From: an uncultured virus (IMG/VR IMGVR_UViG_3300006217_003352)
Taxonomy: Duplodnaviria > Heunggongvirae > Uroviricota > Caudoviricetes
Reading direction: 5' to 3' (one strand)
DNA: 64,000 nt
IMG/VR virus record: IMGVR_UViG_3300006217_003352
Of this stretch, positions 26,514 to 36,338 are shown one piece after another. A model generated the notes under the pieces. It ran no database searches. It worked only from the letters and a program-made list of their open reading frames with translations, and had not been told where the DNA came from. The translations under genes and the position numbers were made by a program. Each line of letters begins with the position of its first letter. Within the stretch, counting starts at the first letter, position 1.

Positions 26514-27935
26514 TTACACGCAAAAGCCGAAGCACACGCCGCTCGCGTAACTCGCGTTGAGGTAGCTGACGCTGCCACCGTTGCCGACACAGCGGAAGGC
26601 GTTGGTCGTACTGACGTGCGGAGACCGAAGCCACCAGGCGCGCGCAGAACCGTTCCTTGTTTTTACACGGTCTGCATTAACTTTACCATCCTTTACTGTA
26701 CGCCAATATTCATACTGCACACCTTCATCTGCATAACCGCTCGATGTAGTGTCATCTATCTCCTTTTCAGAAAATAGCCACAGTTTATCACTTGACGTAG
26801 TAATTGTCGTGCTTTGCGCACCTGCTGTCGCTTTCTTATCTACCGCCTTGATTACGTTCCTTAAATCGGTAGGAAGCTGCGACAGGAGTGTTGCCATAGT
26901 TTCAGTTCGCATTTGCGACTGATCCCAACCGCCCGTATTGGTATCCGTTGCGTTCATCTTGTAGGTTGTGCTTAACAGATTTTTCATACCGAACGTGATT
27001 CCGGCTTTACCGCCGCCAGTTTTGTTGTCGTGGTCGAATCCCATTATTACAAGCGTAACGCTTTCTCCAGTTGTAAGCGTTATTGTCTTTTCGTCTCCGA
27101 CCTTAAATACTTTACTTGCTTTTCCTGCGGCAGAAAGTTCTGCGATTTTCGCCCAACTCGTAGATTGTAATGCCGGGTTCTGCGCCACAAACGTACTTCC
27201 GTTATAGTAAATTCCAGTAAAGTCGTCGCCTATCGGCGTACTGCCGAGAATATTCGCAAGCGTTATGTTGACGCTTCCCGTTCTGTACGCACTTTCTTTG
27301 CCGCCCTTGATACCCGTAACCGTATTCTTTTGCGCTCCAGTCTCAATACCGTTGAGCTTCGTTTTGTCCGACGTACTCATCAATCCGTGTTTCGACGTTG
27401 TTGCATCATTCGACGGCAGGGTTACGGTAGTTTTATCTTTTCCCGTGATATGCCCCTGTTCATCGTAGGTTACAGACGGAATATCAATCGTTCCTCCGAA
27501 CTCTTTTGCCCCGCTACCGCCGCTTGCCGTTCCTGCATCAACAGCGTTCGTATGCTTGATTTTTCCGTCCGTAATTTTGATGCCGTCCATTGCATCAACT
27601 GTTTTTTCTGCGCTGCCGTCAAAATCAACGTCCCCGACGTGAATTGCTTTCTGCACCTTCGCCGCCTGCCCTGCCATTTTCGTGCCGTCTTCAAGGTCAT
27701 CGAGCCGTCCTTTTATGGCGGTAGTTTCTTCGGAGCGCGTTTTCTTTTCTTCTGCTATCAAGTCGTGCGCGTTCCCGATGCCGTCCTCCATATGATTAAA
27801 ATGCAGGGCATCCATAGCGGTACCCTGCTGAACCACGAATCCCTGTTCGTCAACGAAGTGGTCTACCCACGTCTGTTTTGTGTAGGTGCTTTCTTCTTCT
27901 GCTTGTTCTGCCTGTTGCAAAATTTCTTCCGACAT
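26514..27935 (-). CDS. Tail fibre / receptor-binding protein with C-terminal DUF6273/CLec-like domain (DGR target 1)
   Basis: Last gene of the tail module; GLMSTSDKTKLNGI fibre motif; ends WWLRSP...GVCFGFCV. Confidence 0.9.
   Translation of the reverse strand: MSEEILQQAEQAEEESTYTKQTWVDHFVDEQGFVVQQGTAMDALHFNHMEDGIGNAHDLIAEEKKTRSEETTAIKGRLDDLEDGTKMAGQAAKVQKAIHVGDVDFDGSAEKTVDAMDGIKITDGKIKHTNAVDAGTASGGSGAKEFGGTIDIPSVTYDEQGHITGKDKTTVTLPSNDATTSKHGLMSTSDKTKLNGIETGAQKNTVTGIKGGKESAYRTGSVNITLANILGSTPIGDDFTGIYYNGSTFVAQNPALQSTSWAKIAELSAAGKASKVFKVGDEKTITLTTGESVTLVIMGFDHDNKTGGGKAGITFGMKNLLSTTYKMNATDTNTGGWDQSQMRTETMATLLSQLPTDLRNVIKAVDKKATAGAQSTTITTSSDKLWLFSEKEIDDTTSSGYADEGVQYEYWRTVKDGKVNADRVKTRNGSARAWWLRSPHVSTTNAFRCVGNGGSVSYLNASYASGVCFGFCV
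26520..26651 (-). repeat. DGR variable region VR1
   Basis: Gap-free 132-nt match to TR; 21 mismatches, 20 opposite TR adenines. Confidence 0.95.
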
Positions 27936-27936
27936 A

Positions 27937-28248
27937 TTAAACCTCCTGATAAGAAATGCTTAAAACAAAAAGCACGGTCTGGATTGAGTTAACATCTACG
28001 CTCAAATCCCGCCGCGCTATTTCTTTGTTGTTAACGTCAATTATGCGAATTGCCGTTATGCTGTAATCGGACTGCAATACGTTCGGAAACAGTAATGTAA
28101 ACCGAATGTAATTTCCGACTATCTGTCTACTTCGTTCTGTGGCCGTTAGCCATTTTTCGCCGCCGTTGATTTCATACTCGAACTTACTTATAAGACCCAT
28201 AAATTCTTCTCGGCGTTCAGTCAAAAATTCCTGTGTGAATAATCCCAT
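27937..28248 (-). CDS. Small tail/baseplate protein
   Basis: Position; GGAGG RBS. Confidence 0.65.
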   Translation of the reverse strand: MGLFTQEFLTERREEFMGLISKFEYEINGGEKWLTATERSRQIVGNYIRFTLLFPNVLQSDYSITAIRIIDVNNKEIARRDLSVDVNSIQTVLFVLSISYQEV

Positions 28249-28257
28249 AGATACCTC

Positions 28258-28905
28258 CTATATTCCTTCTGGCGGATATTCTCCGCAATTCAAAGAGCCG
28301 CAACGAGGGAAAGGCTTATCCGCAGGATATTGACCGCAGTAAAGCGTTCCGCAAGCAACTCCGCCGATGTAGTACCTGATTTCGTGCGATAATTCAATCG
28401 TGCTTTTGGTGTCTACCTTATACTCGACGCTTACGCCTGCGGGCTTTATAGGCGGTATTCCGCTCAATGACAGTTCGTTTGTTGCGCCTGTTCCTATATC
28501 GAAAATAATCGTTGCCGGGTAATTCTCATCCTCCGCATAATCTATCTTCGACCCTCTGCCGAGAATGGTCTGCATTGCTTTAACAAGCGAATAGTACGTA
28601 CCGTCGCTGGAATTTTGGAACGCCTTATACTTCAAATAGCGTCTGTACCGTTCGTCATCGACAGGATCATAATAAACAGATTGCCCACATAGCAACCCCG
28701 CTTCTGCTCTTGTAAGCCCAACGATGTCGCCTATGTTGTCTAACTGCCTTCCTGTCGCCGTGTCGATATTAGTATTGTACGCTATCTGCTCAAAAACTTC
28801 TGCAAGCGCATTGAGTTGCTTATTGATTGCCGCGCAGAGCGCCGCCGTATTCGGTCTGTCCCTAAACTGTTCAAGCAAATCCGTTTCAATACCGTTAATC
28901 TTCAT
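28258..28905 (-). CDS. Baseplate wedge protein (DUF2612-like)
   Basis: IDTATGRQLDNIGDIVG, KPAGV; tandem CGxLxCGxYP tail. Confidence 0.8.
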   Translation of the reverse strand: MKINGIETDLLEQFRDRPNTAALCAAINKQLNALAEVFEQIAYNTNIDTATGRQLDNIGDIVGLTRAEAGLLCGQSVYYDPVDDERYRRYLKYKAFQNSSDGTYYSLVKAMQTILGRGSKIDYAEDENYPATIIFDIGTGATNELSLSGIPPIKPAGVSVEYKVDTKSTIELSHEIRYYIGGVACGTLYCGQYPADKPFPRCGSLNCGEYPPEGI

Positions 28906-30361
28906 CGACTTCCACCTCTATTCTGTTTTCGTCGAAATACGCTTTCTGTCTCGGCGTTACCGTGATGTAGGTAAGCGTATAATCGCTATCTTTCGGATTT
29001 GCGGAAGCGTTGGTTGACGTGTACGCTTTAATGGAAATATACGCGATACCCGAAACCGCTACATTGATAGGCGCAATCACTTTTTGGATGACTATATTTT
29101 CGCCCGCAGTTATTTTCTCGGCATAGTTCATTATCGTTTCTTTCACAAGCGTTTCGTAGTTCGGCGGCATTGCTTCGTCAGGGTTCTTTACGATAGACAC
29201 CTTCAACCAAACGTAAACCGCAGAAGGTCTATTAAACTTGACGGGTATCGTCGCGTTGCCGAATGAACTCGGAACGTCAACCACTATGCTGCCAAATGTC
29301 TGGATGCCAGCCGCTTTATACAGCAAAATCTGCTGCGCGATCTCCGCGTCAATTCCGCCATCAACAACTACTTCAATCGAGTGCGGCGGTCTGCCGTCGC
29401 TGTCTTTTATATCCGTGTCGTTTTCAAACGCTACCGCGCTTGACACTTCTTTGACGTTATTCATAATCGCGCTTGTGATGCTTTCAAGCATAGTTGCCGA
29501 ACGGTAGGATTGCTTTGCTGCATAAGACTGACGCAATTCGATGTCCGTTTCCCTTTCTCTGCCGAAAACAGGTATTGCAAGGTTCGTGCATTTCTTAAAG
29601 CCTGCCGTCGAAGTAATAATTTCCGTAATCGAGCCTTCCGTGAGCTGAATACGCTTGTACTCTTCCGAATCGAAGACGATAATCGACGTAACTTCTTCCG
29701 TCGATAAGTTCTCCGTCATATCAATCGAATGACTTAAATACTTATTCTTGCTCGTTATGACAAGGAACTCATCTTGTTCATCAATTCCGACTGTAAAATT
29801 TTCATCGGTTATTGTTTCCTTCAATCCGTTGAGTATCGCCATTTTATCGTCTTCCGTCTTGCTTAAATACGTATATGCCGTATCGTCAAGATAGACCGTA
29901 TAATGCAACTCCCCAGCCACCTGCATAACGCGAATTGTCGCGCTGTTGCAGGAAGCTCTTGAAATGGTATTGTCTTCTGCGGTTGAAAAGAATATCTGCG
30001 GCGAAGTCGTTGACGCAATGCGTGTTCCTGCCGGAATTGCAGTTCCGTCTGTGCCTGTGCATAAAATACTGTACTTCGTCTTTGAGCCTTCTTCCCTCGT
30101 GAGACCGCCGAACTGACAAGCAAAATCAAGATTGATTCCTTCTGCGGTGGCAGGATAATGACTGTAATACACCATTTCCGCCAATTCCCACGCAACCGCT
30201 AATTTGTCCGCAACGGACGAAAGCAGGACATTAAAAAACGACTTCGGGTTGATTGAAACATCTATGCCCAAGCCGTCTTTTATGTCGCCCTGTAATTCCG
30301 AATAGATTGTGTCGTATCGTTTTCGGATAAATCCGTTTTTGGTAACGCCATATTCAGACAT
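28895..30361 (-). CDS. Baseplate J/gp47-like protein
   Basis: YGVTKNGF, ATAEGINLD, GRERETDIELR, PPHSIEVVVDGG. Confidence 0.88.
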   Translation of the reverse strand: MSEYGVTKNGFIRKRYDTIYSELQGDIKDGLGIDVSINPKSFFNVLLSSVADKLAVAWELAEMVYYSHYPATAEGINLDFACQFGGLTREEGSKTKYSILCTGTDGTAIPAGTRIASTTSPQIFFSTAEDNTISRASCNSATIRVMQVAGELHYTVYLDDTAYTYLSKTEDDKMAILNGLKETITDENFTVGIDEQDEFLVITSKNKYLSHSIDMTENLSTEEVTSIIVFDSEEYKRIQLTEGSITEIITSTAGFKKCTNLAIPVFGRERETDIELRQSYAAKQSYRSATMLESITSAIMNNVKEVSSAVAFENDTDIKDSDGRPPHSIEVVVDGGIDAEIAQQILLYKAAGIQTFGSIVVDVPSSFGNATIPVKFNRPSAVYVWLKVSIVKNPDEAMPPNYETLVKETIMNYAEKITAGENIVIQKVIAPINVAVSGIAYISIKAYTSTNASANPKDSDYTLTYITVTPRQKAYFDENRIEVEVDED

Positions 30362-30710
30362 TGACCTTTACCTCCTCTTCGATTATTTTGTTGTCGTTTG
30401 CTACAACCGTAAAATGAATGGCGGCTACTCGCGTCGGCTTATCTATCGTCACGCTGATACTTTCTACCGCCTGAACTCCATCAACGGAAAGAATTTCCGT
30501 CCGCACCCTGTCTTCAATGAGAGCCGTGCTGGGATTCTTTATAAATACTTCATCGTAGTACGGCATACCATAAGTGGTATTTATTCGCCATTCTCCGAGA
30601 AACCATTTCAAACGAATTTTTATAGCCTGCAAAACACTGTCGGTAAATTGCACATCTCCATCTTCGGTTATATACAAATCCCCGTCTTCCGTAAGCCTTA
30701 AATCTTTCAT
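30354..30710 (-). CDS. Baseplate gp25/DUF2634-like protein
   Basis: QAIKIRLKWFLGEW...GMPY. Confidence 0.75.
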   Translation of the reverse strand: MKDLRLTEDGDLYITEDGDVQFTDSVLQAIKIRLKWFLGEWRINTTYGMPYYDEVFIKNPSTALIEDRVRTEILSVDGVQAVESISVTIDKPTRVAAIHFTVVANDNKIIEEEVKVNV

Positions 30711-30733
30711 AATGACCTCCTGAAAAATCGCTT

Positions 30734-31276
30734 CTAAATTTCGTCTGAAACGCTCTTTATCTCGCCGTTGATTAGTAAGTTACCTTCGACTGAAATATCG
30801 CCCCTAATGGCTATACCTGCGTTTGACAGCGTTATAGATGCGTTTTTGTGTTTTATGATTACCGCGTCGCGGTCTATCGCTTCCTTGAATGCGTCTGTTT
30901 GCGCTCGTAACAGTCCGGGAATTGCTATCGCGCCAGACAGACCGTATTTGACCTGCGGTGTCGTCATTCCCGTTTCAAACCAGTAATCTAATGCCTGTTC
31001 GCTAAATACAAGCAAGCACTGATCTCCCGCATTTACAGGAAAAACTATTGCGGAATCTGAAATCGCACTTTGCGGCATAACTATCGGAACGCCGCTGATA
31101 ATCGGAAACTCCAACGTCTTTCCGTTAGAAAACTGCATTTGTGCTTTTGGCTTGACTGATGCAAGCCCCGTGCTTTTATCTATTGAAACAATCTCGCCCG
31201 GCAACGCCGTGTGCATATTGTTTATTTGCTCTTTCACGAGAGCTTTCACTTCCGTAACAAAATCTATCAAACTCAT
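30734..31276 (-). CDS. Baseplate spike (Gp138-like)
   Basis: HTALPGEIV...VPIVMP..FPVNAGDQCLLVFSE. Confidence 0.8.
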   Translation of the reverse strand: MSLIDFVTEVKALVKEQINNMHTALPGEIVSIDKSTGLASVKPKAQMQFSNGKTLEFPIISGVPIVMPQSAISDSAIVFPVNAGDQCLLVFSEQALDYWFETGMTTPQVKYGLSGAIAIPGLLRAQTDAFKEAIDRDAVIIKHKNASITLSNAGIAIRGDISVEGNLLINGEIKSVSDEI

Positions 31277-32166
31277 TACGCCACCTCCGTGATTTGAGCC
31301 GTACATTGCCAGTTGCCTTCAAGATTGTCGCCTTCAATCGTAATGCTTGAAACCATAAACATTCCCGTAACGATTTTCGATTCGACATACACCCTGTCTC
31401 CGATGCCGATTGCTCCGTTCATAAGGTACTGAATTTCGTAACCGTACAACATATCTGCTGTCGTATCGGATGTCGTATCGGTATTTGCCGTTTGCGAACT
31501 GTAAACTCGCTTTGGAATATTGATAAGCCCTGTATCTTTGTTGAGCTTATGCACTGCGGTAGAAACTCCTTCGTTCTTCCTGCGGATTTGCAGGACACCG
31601 TTTTGTATCGTCCACATAAGTGATGCCTTATTGCAAACATCATCAAGGACATACTGCGCATACCCTACAAAACTGTAACCGTTTGAAAAATACGACTTTT
31701 CAAGAATTTCCTGCGCTGTTGCTGAATACGTAACAGGCAAGTTAAGTTTAGCCGCCGCGTCCGTCAAGATTTTTGCGGTTGCTATTTTTCCGCCATAAGA
31801 AATAGAAACGACGGTCTCGCTTAACTGCGCGAAACCGTCAACCGCTTCTATCTCTATAAGCCTATCCGCTCCGTCGAGCGACTCTTGCACGTTTGAAACC
31901 GTTCCCTTGAATACAATAGGTCTTGATGCTCCATACCCCGCTGACAGATTTAATTGACAGCCGGATTGTATTAGCACGTTGACCTGTTCTTTGTTCAGGT
32001 TCCAGACTTTTATTTTTGTCGTGTTCAACGTGGTCGAATCGCTACGCTCAACCATAAAGTTGATATGAAGAGCCTGCTTCGTTTTTTCGTCAGGCTTACC
32101 GATTTCAAACCCCTTGCTTCCTTCTACGCCCGCCCGTAAGCGGTATTGTCTGTCCCAGTTCGCCAT
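31276..32166 (-). CDS. Baseplate hub protein
   Basis: IKVWNL, LSAGY, WTIQNG, TGLINIP; position. Confidence 0.75.
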   Translation of the reverse strand: MANWDRQYRLRAGVEGSKGFEIGKPDEKTKQALHINFMVERSDSTTLNTTKIKVWNLNKEQVNVLIQSGCQLNLSAGYGASRPIVFKGTVSNVQESLDGADRLIEIEAVDGFAQLSETVVSISYGGKIATAKILTDAAAKLNLPVTYSATAQEILEKSYFSNGYSFVGYAQYVLDDVCNKASLMWTIQNGVLQIRRKNEGVSTAVHKLNKDTGLINIPKRVYSSQTANTDTTSDTTADMLYGYEIQYLMNGAIGIGDRVYVESKIVTGMFMVSSITIEGDNLEGNWQCTAQITEVA

Positions 32167-32513
32167 TATTCATTGCTCCTTACATATTCGTTAAACTCGT
32201 CGTAAGTAACATATACGAACTGTGCGTTCCCGTCTATAAAGTCATTCCTGCCTATTTTGTCAAGTTGCGTCATTACACCGAGAACGCCTTTGGGCAATTT
32301 GATATACTGACGGAAATACCAGTTTACAGGAAAGCAAGGGGTAATTTTAATTCCTGCTACAAGCGGAGCTTCTTCGCTCTGATAGATTCCAAGCGTCCAA
32401 AACTCGCCTTCGTAGTTGTAGGAAAACCTGAACAGGTACTCGTCGCCGTCTAAAATGATGCGTGTAAAACTATCGTTTTTATCAGGCGGTGTGAAGTACA
32501 CCATAACTGCCAC
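32166..32513 (-). CDS. Small baseplate protein (DUF6983-like)
   Basis: LDGDEYLFRFSYN..WTLGI. Confidence 0.65.
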   Translation of the reverse strand: MAVMVYFTPPDKNDSFTRIILDGDEYLFRFSYNYEGEFWTLGIYQSEEAPLVAGIKITPCFPVNWYFRQYIKLPKGVLGVMTQLDKIGRNDFIDGNAQFVYVTYDEFNEYVRSNE

Positions 32514-32516
32514 CTC

Positions 32517-33059
32517 CTATTTGAATAACCAGCCGAGCAACGACGAAAGGATGCTTTTCTTTTTCGGTGTACTCGACTCTTCTGTTGTCGCGGACGAACC
32601 TGCGCCGTCCGACGAACTTCCGCTGTAATTGTAACTCGATACGACGATTATATCCGCCGACGTTACAGTTACCTGTTTGAGCGACAGCGTGATCTCTGCC
32701 GCGTTTACATAATCTTCTTCCGGCACACTCAACTTCGTAATTCCCATATTCTCGTAAACCTTATCGGGTGTCACAAGAGTTGATAATCTTCCAGACAAAT
32801 ACAGTTCCACAAGGCTATCAATCGTGTTCTTTACTCTGTTGCTTCCTGCGTGTCGTTTTGCCCACGTAACGGGCATATTCGTTACAAAAACCACCAACTC
32901 GAACGAAAGTGGCTTCTTGTGAATGGAATCCGAAACATAGTACCCATCTTCCACAGGATATTCTGGTATATCTGCTTCGTAGCTCCGTTCTCTGCTGATT
33001 GTACAATCGAACTCAATGCCGCCGAGCGAGGCGGGTATTCTTGCTTTACTCATACACAT
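32517..33059 (-). CDS. Tail tube initiator/Dit-like protein
   Basis: PEYPVEDG..SD motif after the tape measure. Confidence 0.7.
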   Translation of the reverse strand: MCMSKARIPASLGGIEFDCTISRERSYEADIPEYPVEDGYYVSDSIHKKPLSFELVVFVTNMPVTWAKRHAGSNRVKNTIDSLVELYLSGRLSTLVTPDKVYENMGITKLSVPEEDYVNAAEITLSLKQVTVTSADIIVVSSYNYSGSSSDGAGSSATTEESSTPKKKSILSSLLGWLFK

Positions 33060-35200
33060 TACCTCGCATAAGCCAATGCACGGGCAAGTTCGCCCGTAGT
33101 ATCGTTTGTAGTTTTCTTCATCGCCGTCGATGCGGTCTTCTGAACGTCTCTCGAACCTTCAAACGTGTTATTGATATACACGTTTTGCGTAACATTGCGA
33201 TTTATGGTGTTTTGTTCCATTGCCCGCGCCGTTTCTGCTTTGCGCCGCGTATTTGCGCCGCCTAAAAAGATTCTTAAAGCGTCAATTACCGTATCGCGCA
33301 TTTTGCTGACAGGCGAAACTATCTCGCCTTCTTGCTTATTGTCGCCTATGACAACCGGCGTGGGCTTGTTTGCGTCAACGTAGCCGCCTTTTGCCAAGTA
33401 CGATATTCTCCCGAATTGCACTTCCGGAATTTCTGGTATGCCGGGTATTCCTATCCACGTCCACAACGACGAAAGCGCCGAAGTGATTCCGTTAATCGCT
33501 CCGATAAAGAAGTTAATCAGACCTTCAAACGCTCCAATGATTGAATTGATAATCGCAATAGGAATATTACCGAGCGCCTTCCACGCCGTTTCCCAGTCGC
33601 CCGTGAATACTGCCGAAATAAACTTTATGATCTGACCGAGAAAATCGAGCAGTCCGCGAAGCGGACCTGCAATCAGGTTGTTTACGACGTTTGCGATAAA
33701 CTTAAACGCCTGACCGAGCTGATTCGATAATAACTGAACCAATACCTTAACGATTGCCATAATAGGCTTGAGTATTGCGCTTATCAATTCAAGCAACGGC
33801 TTGATTAAAGCCATAACCACATCAACAAGCATCATTACCGCGTCAACTATGAGCATAACAACTTCAAGTATCGGGTCGAGCAATTCTAAAATCATTTCGA
33901 TTATCGGTATAAGCATATCCAGCAGTTCGATAATTATTTCCCACGCTTTTGCCGATATAGTAAGATTTACCTGCGCTATTTTAGATATTATCGTCAATGC
34001 CGCTTGCAATAGCTTACTTAACGTCGGCAATATCGTTTTGATGATTTTACCTACCGTCTGGAAGATTGTACCGAATACCTGCTTAATCATAGCAAACAGG
34101 TCTTTCAACGTTTTTCGCAGTTCTTCTGCGTCTACACCGAATTTCTCAAAAAGATTTCCGATAAAACTATCGTCCCCGTTTGCAAAAGCAATCAGGTCGT
34201 CAAGAACCGCAATACATAACAGGACCGCCGCGACGATAAGCATAATCTTACCGCCGCCTGCCGCGAGTGCCTGCCCTATCGCCTTAATTCCTGCCACTAT
34301 TTTGTCGTACTTAAAGGCGACTATCATCGCCCCAACCGCAGCCGCAACCAAAGCCGCCGCACGTCGCGTGGATCCAAGCAGATTAACGAGCCGTTGGAAA
34401 GAATTTACGAGAGCCTTCAATACGCCGTGCAGACTTCTGAACGCACGTATCAAAAACTTTGCAATATCATTCGTTAAATTCAGTCCTTCGTCGGTCTGAT
34501 ACAGCCACGTCCCGAACTCGTTGCGTATAATTCGCAACGCATCAGAAACAGTCAACCGCATCTTTCCGTATGCCGATTCAATGCCCTCCGCGCTCTGTGT
34601 GAAAGCGTTTTTCAGTTGCTTTGCCGTAATGCTACCGGATAAACCGAGAGCCTTTACTTGTTGCATAGAAACGCCCAGACTGTCAGCGAGATACTGAACT
34701 ATGTCTGGGCTTTGCTGCATAATGGTATTAAAACCGCCCGCGCTCAACTTTCCTGTCTGGAATGTATTTTTCAGCACGTTATTCAGCGAGTTCATTTGTG
34801 CTTCCGACGCACCGGACACCTTGAACGCTTTGTTTGCAAGTTCCAAAAAATCCGTAGCGTCTTCAACCGTCGAAAAAAATCTACTTCCCGTTTTAACAAG
34901 ACTTGTAGCATAGCCACACATCTCTGCGTATGTAATCCTACAAGCGTTTGCTGCTTCGGTTATTCTGTTCTGCACCGCAGACTGGTCTTTCAACTGTGTG
35001 TTGACGTTGGCAAGGACTTTATTGACCGAATACCATTCTTCAACCATCTTATTCATCTGCGTAAGTGATATGCCGATGCCGATTGTAGCCAAAGCCTTCG
35101 TCGCAAACGACTTTAACTTCGTAACAGCGCCTTCCGCTTTCTTTGCGGACGCTTCGTCAACCGTAAAGCCAAACGCAATAGCGATGTCTCTTATGGTCAT
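33059..35200 (-). CDS. Tape measure protein
   Basis: Tape-measure N-domain, amphipathic periodic middle, LAKGG C-terminal motif. Confidence 0.88.
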   Translation of the reverse strand: MTIRDIAIAFGFTVDEASAKKAEGAVTKLKSFATKALATIGIGISLTQMNKMVEEWYSVNKVLANVNTQLKDQSAVQNRITEAANACRITYAEMCGYATSLVKTGSRFFSTVEDATDFLELANKAFKVSGASEAQMNSLNNVLKNTFQTGKLSAGGFNTIMQQSPDIVQYLADSLGVSMQQVKALGLSGSITAKQLKNAFTQSAEGIESAYGKMRLTVSDALRIIRNEFGTWLYQTDEGLNLTNDIAKFLIRAFRSLHGVLKALVNSFQRLVNLLGSTRRAAALVAAAVGAMIVAFKYDKIVAGIKAIGQALAAGGGKIMLIVAAVLLCIAVLDDLIAFANGDDSFIGNLFEKFGVDAEELRKTLKDLFAMIKQVFGTIFQTVGKIIKTILPTLSKLLQAALTIISKIAQVNLTISAKAWEIIIELLDMLIPIIEMILELLDPILEVVMLIVDAVMMLVDVVMALIKPLLELISAILKPIMAIVKVLVQLLSNQLGQAFKFIANVVNNLIAGPLRGLLDFLGQIIKFISAVFTGDWETAWKALGNIPIAIINSIIGAFEGLINFFIGAINGITSALSSLWTWIGIPGIPEIPEVQFGRISYLAKGGYVDANKPTPVVIGDNKQEGEIVSPVSKMRDTVIDALRIFLGGANTRRKAETARAMEQNTINRNVTQNVYINNTFEGSRDVQKTASTAMKKTTNDTTGELARALAYAR

Positions 35201-35478
35201 TATTTAGCCCTCCTTGCTTCGTTTTTCAGTTCTTCATTTCTGCAATGCTCTATATCGACCTCCATCATATACAGCGCGTACAGCTTCAATGCTTCGTCAA
35301 GGGTGTAATACTCTTTTAACTCCTGCATTGAAGCCAACTGCACCTTAATCAAAGTGTACATCCGAAGTTCAAGATCGGTAAACTGTTCTAAATCCAGCTT
35401 CCCGTACTTGCTTACTTCATCAGTTTCTGTGCTAACTCGGCAACTTTCCCAGATTGGGTGCCGAGCTTCCCGAAAAAA
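35200..35478 (-). CDS. Tail assembly chaperone extension (probable -1 frameshift product)
   Basis: Open -1 frame from slippery T-TTT-TTC (35472-35478) to the tape-measure start. Confidence 0.6.
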   Translation of the reverse strand, partial: FFREARHPIWESCRVSTETDEVSKYGKLDLEQFTDLELRMYTLIKVQLASMQELKEYYTLDEALKLYALYMMEVDIEHCRNEELKNEARRAK

Positions 35479-35882
35479 CCGCCGTAATTGATTTTGATTA
35501 CGTGGAACGCGAGAATATACATATCCTGCACATCGCCGCAAAACAGTTCGTTTACAAGGTCTTCCGTGAGCGGCTTCGTTTCGCTGTTGAAATCGACTGC
35601 GATATTGTTTCCCCTGACGAGCAAATCACGCAGCAATTTTTCAACCGCATCTCCCGACAGCGATTCAAACGCTTTCGTAATTTCGGGCGCAATGGTCGCC
35701 AAATCCGTATCGAGAACGGAAGTGTCGCCGCTCGTACTTACGAACGGCAATACCGACCCGATAATAGGAACGACAACTTTTATCACTTCTCCGCTGATGT
35801 TTGCCGCCCTGAAAGCAGGGAACGGGCGGATGAAGTAATGCTTTTCGTTTACAACTACTTCCGTAGGTTCTTGCAATTTCAT
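35412..35882 (-). CDS. Tail assembly chaperone
   Basis: Between tube and tape measure; ends INYGGFF. Confidence 0.8.
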   Translation of the reverse strand: MKLQEPTEVVVNEKHYFIRPFPAFRAANISGEVIKVVVPIIGSVLPFVSTSGDTSVLDTDLATIAPEITKAFESLSGDAVEKLLRDLLVRGNNIAVDFNSETKPLTEDLVNELFCGDVQDMYILAFHVIKINYGGFFGKLGTQSGKVAELAQKLMK

Positions 35883-35894
35883 TTACGCACCTCC

Positions 35895-36320
35895 TTAATA
35901 CGTACCTTCGTTGACGGTCGCCTGACCGGTCTGCAATTCCCATTCGCGGTTGTTCGTTTCTTTGCCGTATGCCCTGCTGGGCGGCTTAACAACCCACGCC
36001 GCGTCTGCCGAAAAGACGAAGTTGCCTTTAAGGTCCTTAATCAAAATCGGGAAAGCGCCGTCGCCGTTCGTTTTGTCTGCGTTATACTGCGCCTGCAGGA
36101 AAGCGTTGGAACTCGAAGTCTGCAAAAGCGTAATTTTGACCGAATATTGTTCGTTCGGATCAACCGCCCTTGCAACTTCGCCGTCGCAACCCGATTTCGA
36201 CGTTACGCCGTCGCCCAACGGCTCGACGGTAATGAAACTGTCGTCCGCAAAGCCCGTAACGGAGTGCGTACCGAGCGCAACCGTAACAAGCCTACTGTTA
36301 TAAGTCTTTACAGATGCCAT
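35895..36320 (-). CDS. Tail tube protein (DUF3277-like)
   Basis: TGFADDSFI..GCDGEV..ITLLQTSSSNAFL..REW. Confidence 0.82.
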   Translation of the reverse strand: MASVKTYNSRLVTVALGTHSVTGFADDSFITVEPLGDGVTSKSGCDGEVARAVDPNEQYSVKITLLQTSSSNAFLQAQYNADKTNGDGAFPILIKDLKGNFVFSADAAWVVKPPSRAYGKETNNREWELQTGQATVNEGTY

Positions 36321-36338
36321 TTTTCTGTCCTCCTTTTA

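Noticed and set aside
35444..35450. GGGAAAG as the lambda-type slippery site in the tail chaperone
   Set aside because: It is read GGG-AAA-G, not G-GGA-AAG; the T-TTT-TTC site upstream is in the correct phase.
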